64,000 nt of DNA from Candidatus Peregrinibacteria bacterium CG1_02_54_53 (GCA_001872575.1 MNWP01000020.1:8747-72746), one strand, 5' to 3'; positions 36,925-46,760 are shown, counted from the first letter of the stretch. Made by a program: numbers and translations. Notes: generated from the sequence alone by a model not told the origin.

Positions 36925-38163
36925 ATGCAGCTCCGTGATACCGTCACCACCGCGCTCAGGGCAGTGAGAGGCAACGGACCCCGATCGCTCCTCACGATGC
37001 TCGGCATCATCATCGGTGTCGGAGCCGTTGTTCTCATGACGAGTGTAGGCGAGAGTATGCAGAGCGTGATTCTGGGGCAGATCAGCGCACTCGGGCCCAA
37101 GACCATTGCCATGTGGCCGGGCAAGAACGGGCCGGAGCAGGGAGCCGCCACGCTCAATCCCGATTTCGACAGTTTCACTCTCAGCGATGTCGAAGCGCTC
37201 AGGCGGCTGCAGACTATTTCAAACGTGGCCCCCATCATCTTCGTTCAGGGCAAGACGACCTACGGCACAGAGCAGACCGATACGCGTGTTGTGGGTACCA
37301 CGCCCGACTACTTCTTAAACCAAGTCGTCGACGTTGCCGAAGGGCGACTGCATGATGGGCAGGATGAGCTGGAAGGGCGCGCAGTAGCCGTGCTCGGGCC
37401 CGATACGGCAAAAGATCTCTTCTTCAATCAGAGTCCGCTGGGCAAGCGAATTGAGATCGGCAACAAGAAGTACACGGTGATCGGCGTACTGGAATCGGTA
37501 GGGTCGCAGTTTTTTCAGAACATGGATGAACGCATCGTCATTCCCTTCGAGACGGCCCACATTGTTGCACAGCGCTCGTACGTCGACATGATTACGGCGA
37601 TGTCAACGGGCGATACGGCAGATGCCGTTGCCGATATTCAGTTCTTGCTGCGTCGACGTCACAATATCATTCCTCCTGAGACCGGATCCGAAACCGATAA
37701 CGACGATTTTCTCGTGCGCACGGCGGAACAGGCACAGGAAATTTTGGGCACGGTATCGGTTAGTCTTACTGCTTTCATTACGATGATCGCCACGATTTCA
37801 CTGCTTGTTGGGGGCATCGGCATTATGAATATCATGCTTGTCGCCGTAACGGAACGCACTCGTGAGATCGGCCTGCGCAAAGCCCTTGGAGCGCGTCGCA
37901 ATGACATCCTGCTGCAGTTTCTCATCGAAGCCGTAATCCTCACCGTGCTCGGCGGGCTCATCGGCCTGCTGCTGGGAGTAAGCCTGAATGCGATCATTGT
38001 GGGAATTGCCCGAAAGTTTCTCGATCGCTACATCTTCGCCCTCAACCCCATAGCAATGGTCGCCGCGCTAATCATGGCTGCTGGAACCGGTCTCATTTTC
38101 GGTATCTATCCGGCTCGTAAAGCCGCAGAACTTAATCCTATAGAAGCTCTTCGCTACGAATAA
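36925..38163 (+). CDS. MacB-type ABC permease (MacB_PCD plus FtsX domains), subunit 1
   Basis: ...LLTMLGIIIGVGAVVLM...GGIGIMNIMLVAVTERTREIGLRKALGARRNDILLQFLIEA...YPARKAAELNPIEALRYE. Confidence 0.9.
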   Translation: MQLRDTVTTALRAVRGNGPRSLLTMLGIIIGVGAVVLMTSVGESMQSVILGQISALGPKTIAMWPGKNGPEQGAATLNPDFDSFTLSDVEALRRLQTISNVAPIIFVQGKTTYGTEQTDTRVVGTTPDYFLNQVVDVAEGRLHDGQDELEGRAVAVLGPDTAKDLFFNQSPLGKRIEIGNKKYTVIGVLESVGSQFFQNMDERIVIPFETAHIVAQRSYVDMITAMSTGDTADAVADIQFLLRRRHNIIPPETGSETDNDDFLVRTAEQAQEILGTVSVSLTAFITMIATISLLVGGIGIMNIMLVAVTERTREIGLRKALGARRNDILLQFLIEAVILTVLGGLIGLLLGVSLNAIIVGIARKFLDRYIFALNPIAMVAALIMAAGTGLIFGIYPARKAAELNPIEALRYE

Positions 38164-38194
38164 CCCGTCTTCGCTCCGCTTCGCCGCGGTACCT

Positions 38195-39412
38195 ATGCGC
38201 ATACAAGATACTCTCCGGTCGGCACTCGAAGGACTCACCCGCAATATCTCGCGATCGCTGCTCACAACACTTGGCATCATCATTGGCGTGGGTTCTGTGG
38301 TGCTGATGGTTTCGGTTGGTGCAACCTTTCAGAATTTCATCTTAGACCAGGTAAGCGACTTTAGCGGCAACACCTTCGAAATCCATTCCAAAGGACTACA
38401 GGAATTCGGTAAAGAAACGAATACGCTCACCGAGAGCGATGCAGAGGCACTTGCCAAGCTCTCGACAGTCAGGAATGTCGTTCCCGTGATCTTCGTCGCA
38501 CAGAAAGTGAAATTCGGTACAGAAGAAGTAAGCCCCATGATTTTGGGATCAACCAAAGATATCTTCGAAAACTGGTCCATGAAGATTGCCAATGGACGTC
38601 TGCTCGGTGATGGAGACTTGAAGGGGGGCCAGAGTGTTGTGGTATTGGGCGGCAAAACTGCTGAAGATCTCTTTGGGAACTCAGATCCTCTTGGCAATCG
38701 TATCAGTGTCGGGGAACGTAAATTCACTGTCGTCGGTGTTCTTAAGACTCTTGGAGGGGCAATGGGGGCGCAGATGGATACGCCTATCTACATTCCATTT
38801 ACTGTCGCACAGATCCTGACAAGCAAGGGGCGCTATATCGATTATATTTCCCTGCAGGCTGTAGGAGATGTTGATCTCGCGACCGAAGATATTAAGTCGT
38901 TGCTTCGTCAGCGCCACAACATCGATAATCCGAATGATGATCCTGATAAGGATGACTTCATTGCCCGTTCATTCGCACAGGCGACAGAGATCATCGGCAC
39001 GGTCACGCTCTCGATCACCGTCTTTCTCGGCCTTATCGCAGGAATCTCACTTGTGGTCGGCGGCATCGGCATCATGAACATCATGTTGGTTTCGGTATCG
39101 GAACGTACGAAAGAGATCGGCCTGCGAAAGGCAGTGGGCGCACGCCGACACGACATTCTGCTGCAATTCCTCATCGAGGCCGTCGCACTTACGGTGCTTG
39201 GCGGACTCATCGGTATCGCAGGAGGGGGCTTTCTTGGATTCGTCATCACGAAACTTGCGTCGAAATTCCTTGGAGATCTGTCGTTCGCACTCACGATCAG
39301 TTCGGTTCTGCTTGCGCTTGGCATGGCCGTGGGAACCGGGTTGATCTTCGGGCTCTATCCCGCCCGGCGCGCAGCCAGGCTGCACCCCATCGAGGCAATG
39401 CGCTTCGAATAG
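38195..39412 (+). CDS. MacB-type ABC permease (MacB_PCD plus FtsX domains), subunit 2
   Basis: ...LLTTLGIIIGVGSVVLM...GGIGIMNIMLVSVSERTKEIGLRKAVGARRHDILLQFLIEA...YPARRAARLHPIEAMRFE. It is a paralog of the preceding gene. Confidence 0.9.
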   Translation: MRIQDTLRSALEGLTRNISRSLLTTLGIIIGVGSVVLMVSVGATFQNFILDQVSDFSGNTFEIHSKGLQEFGKETNTLTESDAEALAKLSTVRNVVPVIFVAQKVKFGTEEVSPMILGSTKDIFENWSMKIANGRLLGDGDLKGGQSVVVLGGKTAEDLFGNSDPLGNRISVGERKFTVVGVLKTLGGAMGAQMDTPIYIPFTVAQILTSKGRYIDYISLQAVGDVDLATEDIKSLLRQRHNIDNPNDDPDKDDFIARSFAQATEIIGTVTLSITVFLGLIAGISLVVGGIGIMNIMLVSVSERTKEIGLRKAVGARRHDILLQFLIEAVALTVLGGLIGIAGGGFLGFVITKLASKFLGDLSFALTISSVLLALGMAVGTGLIFGLYPARRAARLHPIEAMRFE

Positions 39413-39483
39413 CCAAAAATCGCCCTCTTGCACTTACAACCATGGTCAGGAGACAATGTGCTTCCTTTTCCCCCTTTCTGTCC

Positions 39484-39606
39484 ATGGACGAATCCACATG
39501 TGATCTCTGCGGTCAGCCGGTCTGCGAATTATGCGGCGGATGTGAATGCGAAGAGAATGCCTGCACATGCGACGCCACGGAGGAACAGGACGAAGACGAA
39601 GCGTAG
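39484..39606 (+). CDS. Candidate 40-aa Cys-rich acidic peptide
   Basis: My own translation (below the track's length cut-off): MDESTCDLCGQPVCELCGGCECEENACTCDATEEQDEDEA. It has 8 Cys at positions 6, 9, 14, 17, 20, 22, 27 and 29. No SD, but SDs are absent genome-wide here. Confidence 0.4.
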   Translation: MDESTCDLCGQPVCELCGGCECEENACTCDATEEQDEDEA

Positions 39607-39624
39607 ACGTGATACACTGCAGCC

Positions 39625-40026
39625 ATGCTGAAGTTATTTGTCTTGCTCGCGTTTCTCGCCGCGCAATTCATCATCACCTGGTTCGGCGCTTTTCTCGGAA
39701 AAATCCCTTCACGGGGTACGGTTTTCGGATGGTCTTACACGTCGCCGCTCTTCGGGCTCTTCGTGACGCTCATCGCATTCATTTGGATTCCCGTCATCAT
39801 CAACCTTCTCTATGGACTGGGCTTTCAGTTGGGCAATCGAGCATTTGGCAGCTTTCTCGTGGTGATTTCTCTGTGGATTGCCGCCGCGCCTGTCGCCGCA
39901 CTGCTCTTCAATTTTTTTGTGGTGCGCGAAAAAGTTGATCTCCCGCTTATTCTGGGCCTCCTTTGTATCACTGTCGGAAGTATTATTGTTGCTGCTCATA
40001 AAGAAATCTCGGCATGGTTTTTGTAG
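39625..40026 (+). CDS. Small integral membrane protein (about 4 TM segments), function unknown
   Basis: MLKLFVLLAFLAAQFIITWFGAFL...LILGLLCITVGSIIVAA. It is hydrophobic throughout. Confidence 0.6.
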   Translation: MLKLFVLLAFLAAQFIITWFGAFLGKIPSRGTVFGWSYTSPLFGLFVTLIAFIWIPVIINLLYGLGFQLGNRAFGSFLVVISLWIAAAPVAALLFNFFVVREKVDLPLILGLLCITVGSIIVAAHKEISAWFL

Positions 40027-40032
40027 ACCGGC

Positions 40033-40066
40033 TAACAAAAACGCCGGAGAATCCGAAGATTCTCCG
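40033..40066 (-). terminator. Rho-independent terminator downstream of the SIMPL gene, in a convergent gap
   Basis: The minus strand reads CGGAGAATC-ttcg-GATTCTCCG followed by gcgTTTTTgTT. The stem is 9 bp with a UUCG loop. Confidence 0.65.
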
Positions 40067-40083
40067 ACGCATATGATATCGCA

Positions 40084-40839
40084 TTACTCCAATTCGTAGA
40101 TCAGCGATACTGAGACGTTTATTTCCTGCTCGCCTGCCGGAACGGCAACGGACGGAAGCGGGGCTCCGCCGCCACCGACACTCTCCATCATCACATTCGC
40201 CTTGCGGTAATCCATCGCGGGCAAGTAACCACCACCCTCAGAAAAACCTTTCAGTCGCTTGATATTTCTGCCCAGCTGATCCGCAAGAAGCTTCGCCTTG
40301 GCCTCGGCCTTCTGAATGGCCTTTTCTCGAGCGGCGGCCTGCAGCATTTCGGGGTCATCCATGGTGAAATCGACTCCGCCGACCTGATTCACGCCTTCGC
40401 TGGTCACTCCGGAAAGCAGGTCACCGATTTTATCGAGATCGCGCACCTTCACGTGCAGTGATTGCATGGCCTGAAATCCACGAGGAATCTGTTGCCCCTC
40501 TTTCCAATCATATTCCGGCTGAAGTGAAAATGAGTCCGTGGAGATATCTTTGTCTTCTATGCCTTGCAACTTCACGGCAGCGATGATGCCGTCCATTTTT
40601 TCGCCCAGCAGCTTCATGGCTTGCTGTGCAGTGGATTGCCTGCCGGTCTGAACCCCGAAGCTGACAACGGCAATATCGGGCGCAGCAGCAGCTTTGCCCG
40701 TCGCCTCAACAGCAATCGTCATTGGCGAAAAATCTCGCTGCTCAATCACCTTGCCGGTCAGATAGAAGCCGCCGGCAATTATGATCAGCAGAAGTCCGAA
40801 CCAGCAGTGAGGTTTGCAGGAGGAACATGTGTTATCCAT
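40084..40839 (-). CDS. SIMPL-domain (DUF541) secreted/membrane-anchored protein
   Basis: N-terminal TM segment, then TIAVEATGKAAAAPDIAVVSFGVQT...STAQQAMKLLGEKMDGIIAAVKLQGIEDKDISTDSFSLQPEYDW... Confidence 0.75.
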   Translation of the reverse strand: MDNTCSSCKPHCWFGLLLIIIAGGFYLTGKVIEQRDFSPMTIAVEATGKAAAAPDIAVVSFGVQTGRQSTAQQAMKLLGEKMDGIIAAVKLQGIEDKDISTDSFSLQPEYDWKEGQQIPRGFQAMQSLHVKVRDLDKIGDLLSGVTSEGVNQVGGVDFTMDDPEMLQAAAREKAIQKAEAKAKLLADQLGRNIKRLKGFSEGGGYLPAMDYRKANVMMESVGGGGAPLPSVAVPAGEQEINVSVSLIYELE

Positions 40840-40929
40840 AGGGGAATAAGGGGAAAATGCGGCGCCATGATAGCAGGTGGCTCCGACGTGAAAAAGATGC
40901 GTTAAACGCCTGCAATAACCGTAAACGGC

Positions 40930-41685
40930 TTAAGTATACGATGCGATATGCTTTTGAAATCCCTGCTTTTCCAGGGTCCGAACAAGTGAAGCCCCTCCAC
41001 TCTCGACAATTTGTCCATGCAACATGACATGGACATGATCCGGTTTGAGAACGCGCAAAAAACGAACATTGTGCGTTACCAAGATTGCCGCAAACGAGGG
41101 CTGCCGCTTGCGCAGGTGTTTCAGACCTTCGGCAACAACGGTAAGTGCATCGAGATCAAGCCCGGAGTCTGTTTCATCAAGCAAGGCGAGCTTCGGTTTC
41201 AATACGAGCAACTGCAGGATCTCGAGTTTCTTTTTCTCTCCGCCGGAAAACCCGCGATGTACCGCTCGATCCTCCCAGGCGTTGTCGATATGTAAAAGAT
41301 TCATTTCTCGCGTCAGTCGATCGTGAAACTCCAGGGGCGCAAGAGGCTTTTTCTGCGCAGTAAGAGCGGAATAAAGAAAGTCCCGCACTCGTACGCCCGC
41401 AATCTCGCGAGGATGTTGAAATGCGAGAAAGAGCCCAAGCTTCGCCCGTTCATGAGGTGCGAGATCAAGCAGATCCTTGCCACAGAACCTAACGATTCCC
41501 TGGGTGATCCTCGTCATTGGATGCCCCATCAGCGAATGGACGAGTGAAGACTTTCCGGCTCCGTTCGGACCCATGATGACGTGCAGCTCACCCGGAAGCA
41601 CAGAGAGTGAACATCCGCATATCACCTCCTTTTCCGCAACGGAGACGTGAAGATCTTTGATGGAAAGAAGTGGATGACGAACCAT
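40930..41685 (-). CDS. sufC: Fe-S cluster assembly ATPase SufC
   Basis: MVRHPLLSIKDLHVSV...GELHVIMGPNGAGKSSL...FSGGEKKKLEILQLLVLKPKLALLDETDSGLD. The start is placed at 41685; the track start is 41937. Confidence 0.9.
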   Translation of the reverse strand: MVRHPLLSIKDLHVSVAEKEVICGCSLSVLPGELHVIMGPNGAGKSSLVHSLMGHPMTRITQGIVRFCGKDLLDLAPHERAKLGLFLAFQHPREIAGVRVRDFLYSALTAQKKPLAPLEFHDRLTREMNLLHIDNAWEDRAVHRGFSGGEKKKLEILQLLVLKPKLALLDETDSGLDLDALTVVAEGLKHLRKRQPSFAAILVTHNVRFLRVLKPDHVHVMLHGQIVESGGASLVRTLEKQGFQKHIASYT

Positions 41686-41787
41686 GGGAGAATGGCAAAC
41701 GTGGTCACCAGTATGCAGGATGCAGGAAGAAAAAGCAGAAATTTCGCTGTATACTGGATACCGCATATTGAATACTCCCCATCCTCC

Positions 41788-42069
41788 ATGCCGAAAATCA
41801 CTTTCATCCTCAACGGCCGGGAAAAATCTGTCGATGCCGAGCCGGATCAGACAATTCTTGAAGTCGCACAAGCCAACGATATCCCCATGGAAAACGCCTG
41901 CGGCGGAAATGGGTTCTGTATGACGTGCAAGTGCCACATACGCAAGGGTGCCGAGAACCTGAGTCCTCTCAATGAGCGCGAAGAAGCCATGGGCGTGGGT
42001 GGCGACGAGCGGCTCGGCTGCCAGGCAACCCTGAAAGGAGATGTTACTGTCGAACCTGAAGCCGCCTAA
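41788..42069 (+). CDS. 2Fe-2S ferredoxin
   Basis: MPKITFILNGREKSVDAEPDQTILEVAQANDIPMENACGGNGFCMTCKCHI...RLGCQATL has the plant/adrenodoxin-like Cys pattern. The start is placed at 41788. Confidence 0.8.
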   Translation: MPKITFILNGREKSVDAEPDQTILEVAQANDIPMENACGGNGFCMTCKCHIRKGAENLSPLNEREEAMGVGGDERLGCQATLKGDVTVEPEAA

Positions 42070-42875
42070 ACGCGTGCAAGTGCAGAAATCTTCTTCTTAA
42101 CGGACTCGTCATAGGGTTCGAGCCGGTTGATGCGACGATAGACATCTTCGGCCCTCTCTGTATGGCCCAGTTGCAAGTAACACTCGGCCAACAGGTGAAG
42201 GAGTGATGTGTCTCGGTTCAGTCGCACAACGGCTTTCTTGAGCAGCGGTGCGGCTTCTTCAAAACGCTGAGCCGCGATACAGGCGCGCCCCAAAGCCGCA
42301 CTGCGTTCGGGGGACTTAGGATCGCGATTCAAAGCCTCTTGATAGGCATGGCAAGCTTCGACGTATTTGCCCTGACGGTAATAGGCAAGGCCGAGGTTGG
42401 CAAAGTACGACACATCATCCCTGTGCTGCAAAAGCTCACGATACATCGCCTCGGCCTTGTGATCGCGATCAGTCAACAGATAGAGCTTTGCAAGTTGCGC
42501 CTGCACATCGAATGCTTTGGGATTGATCGTGAGCGCCTGAATGAATGAGCGCTCTGCTTCTTCAAACTTCATCTGTGCAGCAGCCTTCTCCGCCTCACGC
42601 GTAAGGGAACGTACTTGTTGCATTTCGATCGCTGATACGCGGGGGCTCTTGCGTGGTTTTGCAATCTTTGTTTCTTCGAGAATCACCGCCCCGCGACCTT
42701 CGGCAGACTCGGTGCGCTGGTAGATACCTCGAACGAAGCGCCGGACGGCATGATGCCGTACAAGCACGCGTCCGCCTAAGATGAGGCAGATCCCGAAGAG
42801 CGAGCCGAAGAGGACGTAAACGTAGATCAAGTGGCGAAAGAGGCTAGCATTTGGCTCCCTTCCAGAGCAAGACAA
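42066..42875 (-). CDS. Membrane-anchored tetratricopeptide (TPR) repeat protein
   Basis: N-terminal TM segment, then repeated A..Y...L...P....A...LA..Y units (FEEAERSFIQALTINPKAFDV..., YVEACHAYQEALNRDPKSPE...). Confidence 0.75.
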   Translation of the reverse strand: MSCSGREPNASLFRHLIYVYVLFGSLFGICLILGGRVLVRHHAVRRFVRGIYQRTESAEGRGAVILEETKIAKPRKSPRVSAIEMQQVRSLTREAEKAAAQMKFEEAERSFIQALTINPKAFDVQAQLAKLYLLTDRDHKAEAMYRELLQHRDDVSYFANLGLAYYRQGKYVEACHAYQEALNRDPKSPERSAALGRACIAAQRFEEAAPLLKKAVVRLNRDTSLLHLLAECYLQLGHTERAEDVYRRINRLEPYDESVKKKISALARV

Positions 42876-42890
42876 AGGGAGGGGAAACCG

Positions 42891-43853
42891 TTACGAAACC
42901 CGCATTCCGAAACGCTGAACCATGAGCCCACGATGGGCATTGGTATGAAGGCCCGCTGAAAGCTCGCATAGGGCACGTATCGAAACGGGTGAAGGTGACG
43001 ACTGTTCACGAAGGGCAAGAGCAAGATGCAGGAGCATTTGGTCGGCCTCCGTTCCGCGTCCGAGAAGCGGAGTAAGAATCTGCAGACGCTCCTTGAGTGA
43101 ACGGGTACGCCAGAACGAGACGGCTTTCGAGTGAATGAGCCGATGGGCACGCAGAACCTCGGGGTCTTCTTTCAGTTCCCACACGATGCCGGGGGCGCCC
43201 TGTGCAAGATGAAGAATGAATTGGCGATCCTCATCCTCCACGCCCTGCAGTAGGGGCAGTAATTCTGGATGAGAAAGTGAATGAAGACGTAACACGCGCA
43301 TGCGCGACACAATCGTGGAAGGCAACGAGGAGAGAGACTGTGCGGTAAAAAGAAAGACGAGCGATGTCGGAGGCTCTTCGAGAATTTTGAGCAGAGCATT
43401 CGCGGCTTCGGTCTGCAGGCGCTCCGCCGATCGAATGATGCAGCAACGATAACGTCCCGACGCGGTTTCCTGCAGACGCTCCTGCAGAGAGCGGATATCA
43501 TCGATGCCGATCGTATCGGTCTTCACTTTTTTCTTCTCGCGTTCCTGCTGCGGCGCATTGGAAGTCTGTGCAATGACAGACCAATCTTCACATTGATCGG
43601 CAATCCAGAGTTGATCGAGCACGAAGAGATCGGAATGCATCATGCGCTCACAATCATGCTGAATTCTTTCCAGCTCATCCGATGTATGACCGACGGAAAG
43701 AAGTTCTGTTGCAAACCAACGTGCAAGCGTCATTTTGCCCAGATGCCGCGGACCAGTGAAGAGGTAGGCGTGACTGACGTTGCCGGTCTCAAGATCGCGT
43801 TCCAGTTCCGTAACGACAGTATGATGGCCGATGAAATCCTCGGGGCGTGGCAT
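42891..43853 (-). CDS. holB: DNA polymerase III delta-prime subunit
   Basis: FIGHHTVVTELERDLETGNVSHAYLFTGPRHLGKMTLARWFA...AANALLKILEEPP. The start is placed at 43853. Confidence 0.85.
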   Translation of the reverse strand: MPRPEDFIGHHTVVTELERDLETGNVSHAYLFTGPRHLGKMTLARWFATELLSVGHTSDELERIQHDCERMMHSDLFVLDQLWIADQCEDWSVIAQTSNAPQQEREKKKVKTDTIGIDDIRSLQERLQETASGRYRCCIIRSAERLQTEAANALLKILEEPPTSLVFLFTAQSLSSLPSTIVSRMRVLRLHSLSHPELLPLLQGVEDEDRQFILHLAQGAPGIVWELKEDPEVLRAHRLIHSKAVSFWRTRSLKERLQILTPLLGRGTEADQMLLHLALALREQSSPSPVSIRALCELSAGLHTNAHRGLMVQRFGMRVS

Positions 43854-44030
43854 GAGTGAATCATGGTAGCACGCACCGGCACAGAACAAACAAAATGAAA
43901 AAACCACACCCACGACGAAATCCTATTGACCCTTTCCGTGGCATTTCTTGTACTTTTTGCCGCTTCCGCCCATTCGACTCGTCTTTGCTGTGCCCAGACT
44001 CGCTCAGGGCTCCGCTTTCCCTGGGGGGAA

Positions 44031-46760
44031 TCAGGCATTTTTCCCATGACAGTGTTTATATTTGATAGGAGTGCCATCCGGCTTTCTCGCTCCGCACGGA
44101 CAGGAATCATTGCGACCGACTTTGGCAACCGCCATGGGATGCGCAGAGGGGGTGGCAACAGGCATTCGGGCAATGGGGGAATCTTTGGAGGCGGCTGCAG
44201 CCGCTGAAGCCACTCCGGTCTGCGTGAGTTCCGCGGCAATCTGGTCTTCGTTCGTCTGCAGGTTCTGTAATTCCTCCTGACGCTCTTCCAGCATGACGCG
44301 TGCCGAAAACTGCGCGAAATCGATTTGCACGAGCGTGCGGACGATTGTGGAGTCAATGGTGGCAATGAGCTGCTGAAAACGTCGAAAGCCCTGATCTTTG
44401 TACTCGATGAGAGGATCGCGCTGGGCATACCCGGCAAACGCCACCTGCTCGCGCAGATGCGACATGTCATCAATGTGGTCCATCCAGTGTGTATCGATTG
44501 AGCGCAGAGTGATAATGCGTTCGGCTTGCGCAACAGTGGCAGGTTGCTCTTCCCGGCACTTGGCCTGATAGAAATCCTGAACCAGCTTCACCAGAGCATC
44601 CGCAATTTCATCGGGGGAAGAGAATGACCGCAATTTTTTCTCGGTCGCCACTTCGGCAAGAGCCGGATGAAGAGCGGTAAGGCTTTCGGCGATTTCTTTC
44701 ACGTTCCATTCGCTCGGGTCGATATTCGATGCATGTACTGCTGAAAGCAAGCGCATCTCCGATTTAATAGCGGCGAGAATATCTTTGTGAAGAGGCTGGG
44801 CCTCCACTGCTTCTTCGGGGACTTTATCGGCCTCGGCAAGCCGTTCGAGAATCTTCTGTCGCCGCGCATAGATGATTTGGCGGTGCTTGTTCATGACATC
44901 GTCGTACCGCACCACATGACGACGGATATCGAAGTTATGTCCTTCGACTTTCTTCTGCGCACCCTCGATGGAGCGTGACACCATTCCGTTTTCCAGAGGA
45001 ACGTCATCGGGAACTTTGAGTCGCTCCATGAGGCCCTTCAGGCGATCTCCGCCGAAAAGTCGCATAAGGTCATCCTCCATGGAAACGAAAAATTGACTCT
45101 CGCCATGATCGCCCTGGCGTCCGGATCGGCCGCGCAACTGATTGTCGATACGTCGTGCCTCATGACGCTCGGTTCCGAGGATGCAGAGTCCGCCCGTATC
45201 TGCGACACCCTCACCCAGCTTAATATCTGTTCCACGACCGGCCATGTTCGTCGCAATGGTCACCGATCCCTTCTGCCCTGCATGGGCCACGATCTCCGCC
45301 TCTTTTTCGTGATGCTTGGCATTGAGCACTTGATGTGGAACTTTTTCCTGCTCCAAAAGAGCGCTCATGGTCTCGGATTTCTCGATCGATGTGGTGCCTA
45401 TGAGCACGGGCTGCCCCTTGGCATACTTTTCTTTGGCAATCGCGGCTACCGCTTTGAACTTCGCCTCCACCGTGCGATAGATCGCATCGGCCTTGTCATC
45501 GCGGACCATGGGTTTGTTGGTCGGGATGATGATGACCTTCAGTTTGTAGATCGTCTCGAACTCCTCCTCCTCCGTCTTGGCTGTACCGGTCATGCCGGCG
45601 AGCTTGTCGAAGATGCGGAAGTAATTCTGAAAGGTGATGGTGGCGAGTGTTTTCGATTCGCGCTGCACCTCTACGTTCTCTTTCGCCTCGATTGCCTGGT
45701 GCAACCCGTGACTGTAGCGACGCCCCTCCATGAGACGACCGGTGAATTCGTCAACAATGATGATTTCGCCATCCTTCACCACGTAATCAACATCCCGTTG
45801 GTACATGGCGTGTGCGCGAAGCGCCTGCTCGATGTGGTGCACTTCGGCAAAGCCCTTCTCGGTGTAGATGTTGTCGAGCCCGAGCAATTGCTCCATCTTC
45901 TTTACACCATCTTCGGTAAGGACAGCGGTCTTCTGCTTCTCATCTTTATTGAAATCCACATTCTCAACGAGTTGTCCGACCAACAGCGCATATTGACGGT
46001 ATTTGTCGGTGGATTCGCCGGCGGGCTGACTGATGATGAGTGGTGTACGCGCCTCATCGATAAGGATCGAGTCCACTTCGTCCACGATGGCGTAGTGGAG
46101 TCCACGTTGTACCTGGCGACTGAGAGACGTCACCATGTTGTCGCGCAGGTAATCGAACCCGAATTCATTGTTCGTACCGTAGGTCACGTCGCAGGCGTAG
46201 GCCTCTTTGCGCTCATCATTCGATTTCTCGTGAACGATGATACCCACGGTAAGGCCCAGAGCCTCGTACAACATGCCCATCCATGTGGCGTCACGCTTGG
46301 CGAGGTAATCGTTCACCGTCACCACATGTACGCCTTTACCCTCGAGAGCATTGAGATAGACCGGCATGGTACAGACGAGAGTTTTTCCTTCTCCGGTTTT
46401 CATTTCGGAGATATTGCCCTGATGCAGCACGATGCCACCCAGCACCTGCACATCAAAAGGCACCATGTCCCACATGAACGTCTGCTTTCCAAGTGACGTC
46501 GTCTTGCCCGATTCCTTCAGAAGTTCACAGGCGCGAATCACGGCGGCAAACGCCTCGGGAAGGAGCGCATCGAGCGTTTCGCCCTTGACAATGCGGTCCC
46601 GGAATTCCTGCGTTTTGCCCGGAAGTGACTCAAGTGTGAGAGATTTGATTGTTTCGGTCTCGCACTGCTTTTTTACGAGCGCAACGATCGGCCAGAGCTT
46701 TTTCAGCTCTTTCTCGTTGGGATCGCCGAGAAACTTGTTGAGAAAATCGATGACACCCAT
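44031..46760 (-). CDS. secA: Preprotein translocase ATPase SecA
   Basis: 909 aa. MKTGEGKTLV, VTVNDYLAKRD, TGMTGTAKTEEEEF, ATNMAGRGTDIKLG and the C-terminal zinc finger CPCG...KYKHCHG. Confidence 0.97.
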   Translation of the reverse strand: MGVIDFLNKFLGDPNEKELKKLWPIVALVKKQCETETIKSLTLESLPGKTQEFRDRIVKGETLDALLPEAFAAVIRACELLKESGKTTSLGKQTFMWDMVPFDVQVLGGIVLHQGNISEMKTGEGKTLVCTMPVYLNALEGKGVHVVTVNDYLAKRDATWMGMLYEALGLTVGIIVHEKSNDERKEAYACDVTYGTNNEFGFDYLRDNMVTSLSRQVQRGLHYAIVDEVDSILIDEARTPLIISQPAGESTDKYRQYALLVGQLVENVDFNKDEKQKTAVLTEDGVKKMEQLLGLDNIYTEKGFAEVHHIEQALRAHAMYQRDVDYVVKDGEIIIVDEFTGRLMEGRRYSHGLHQAIEAKENVEVQRESKTLATITFQNYFRIFDKLAGMTGTAKTEEEEFETIYKLKVIIIPTNKPMVRDDKADAIYRTVEAKFKAVAAIAKEKYAKGQPVLIGTTSIEKSETMSALLEQEKVPHQVLNAKHHEKEAEIVAHAGQKGSVTIATNMAGRGTDIKLGEGVADTGGLCILGTERHEARRIDNQLRGRSGRQGDHGESQFFVSMEDDLMRLFGGDRLKGLMERLKVPDDVPLENGMVSRSIEGAQKKVEGHNFDIRRHVVRYDDVMNKHRQIIYARRQKILERLAEADKVPEEAVEAQPLHKDILAAIKSEMRLLSAVHASNIDPSEWNVKEIAESLTALHPALAEVATEKKLRSFSSPDEIADALVKLVQDFYQAKCREEQPATVAQAERIITLRSIDTHWMDHIDDMSHLREQVAFAGYAQRDPLIEYKDQGFRRFQQLIATIDSTIVRTLVQIDFAQFSARVMLEERQEELQNLQTNEDQIAAELTQTGVASAAAAASKDSPIARMPVATPSAHPMAVAKVGRNDSCPCGARKPDGTPIKYKHCHGKNA

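Noticed and set aside
39428-39631. 67-aa track ORF in the gap after the permease genes
   Set aside because: Its product is Arg/Pro-rich and low complexity with no features. The overlapping frame encoding the 8-Cys peptide (39484-39606) is far more protein-like. Neither frame is proven.
45093-46496. 467-aa plus-strand ORF
   Set aside because: It is antisense to secA, and the secA assignment is certain. It is a compositional artefact.
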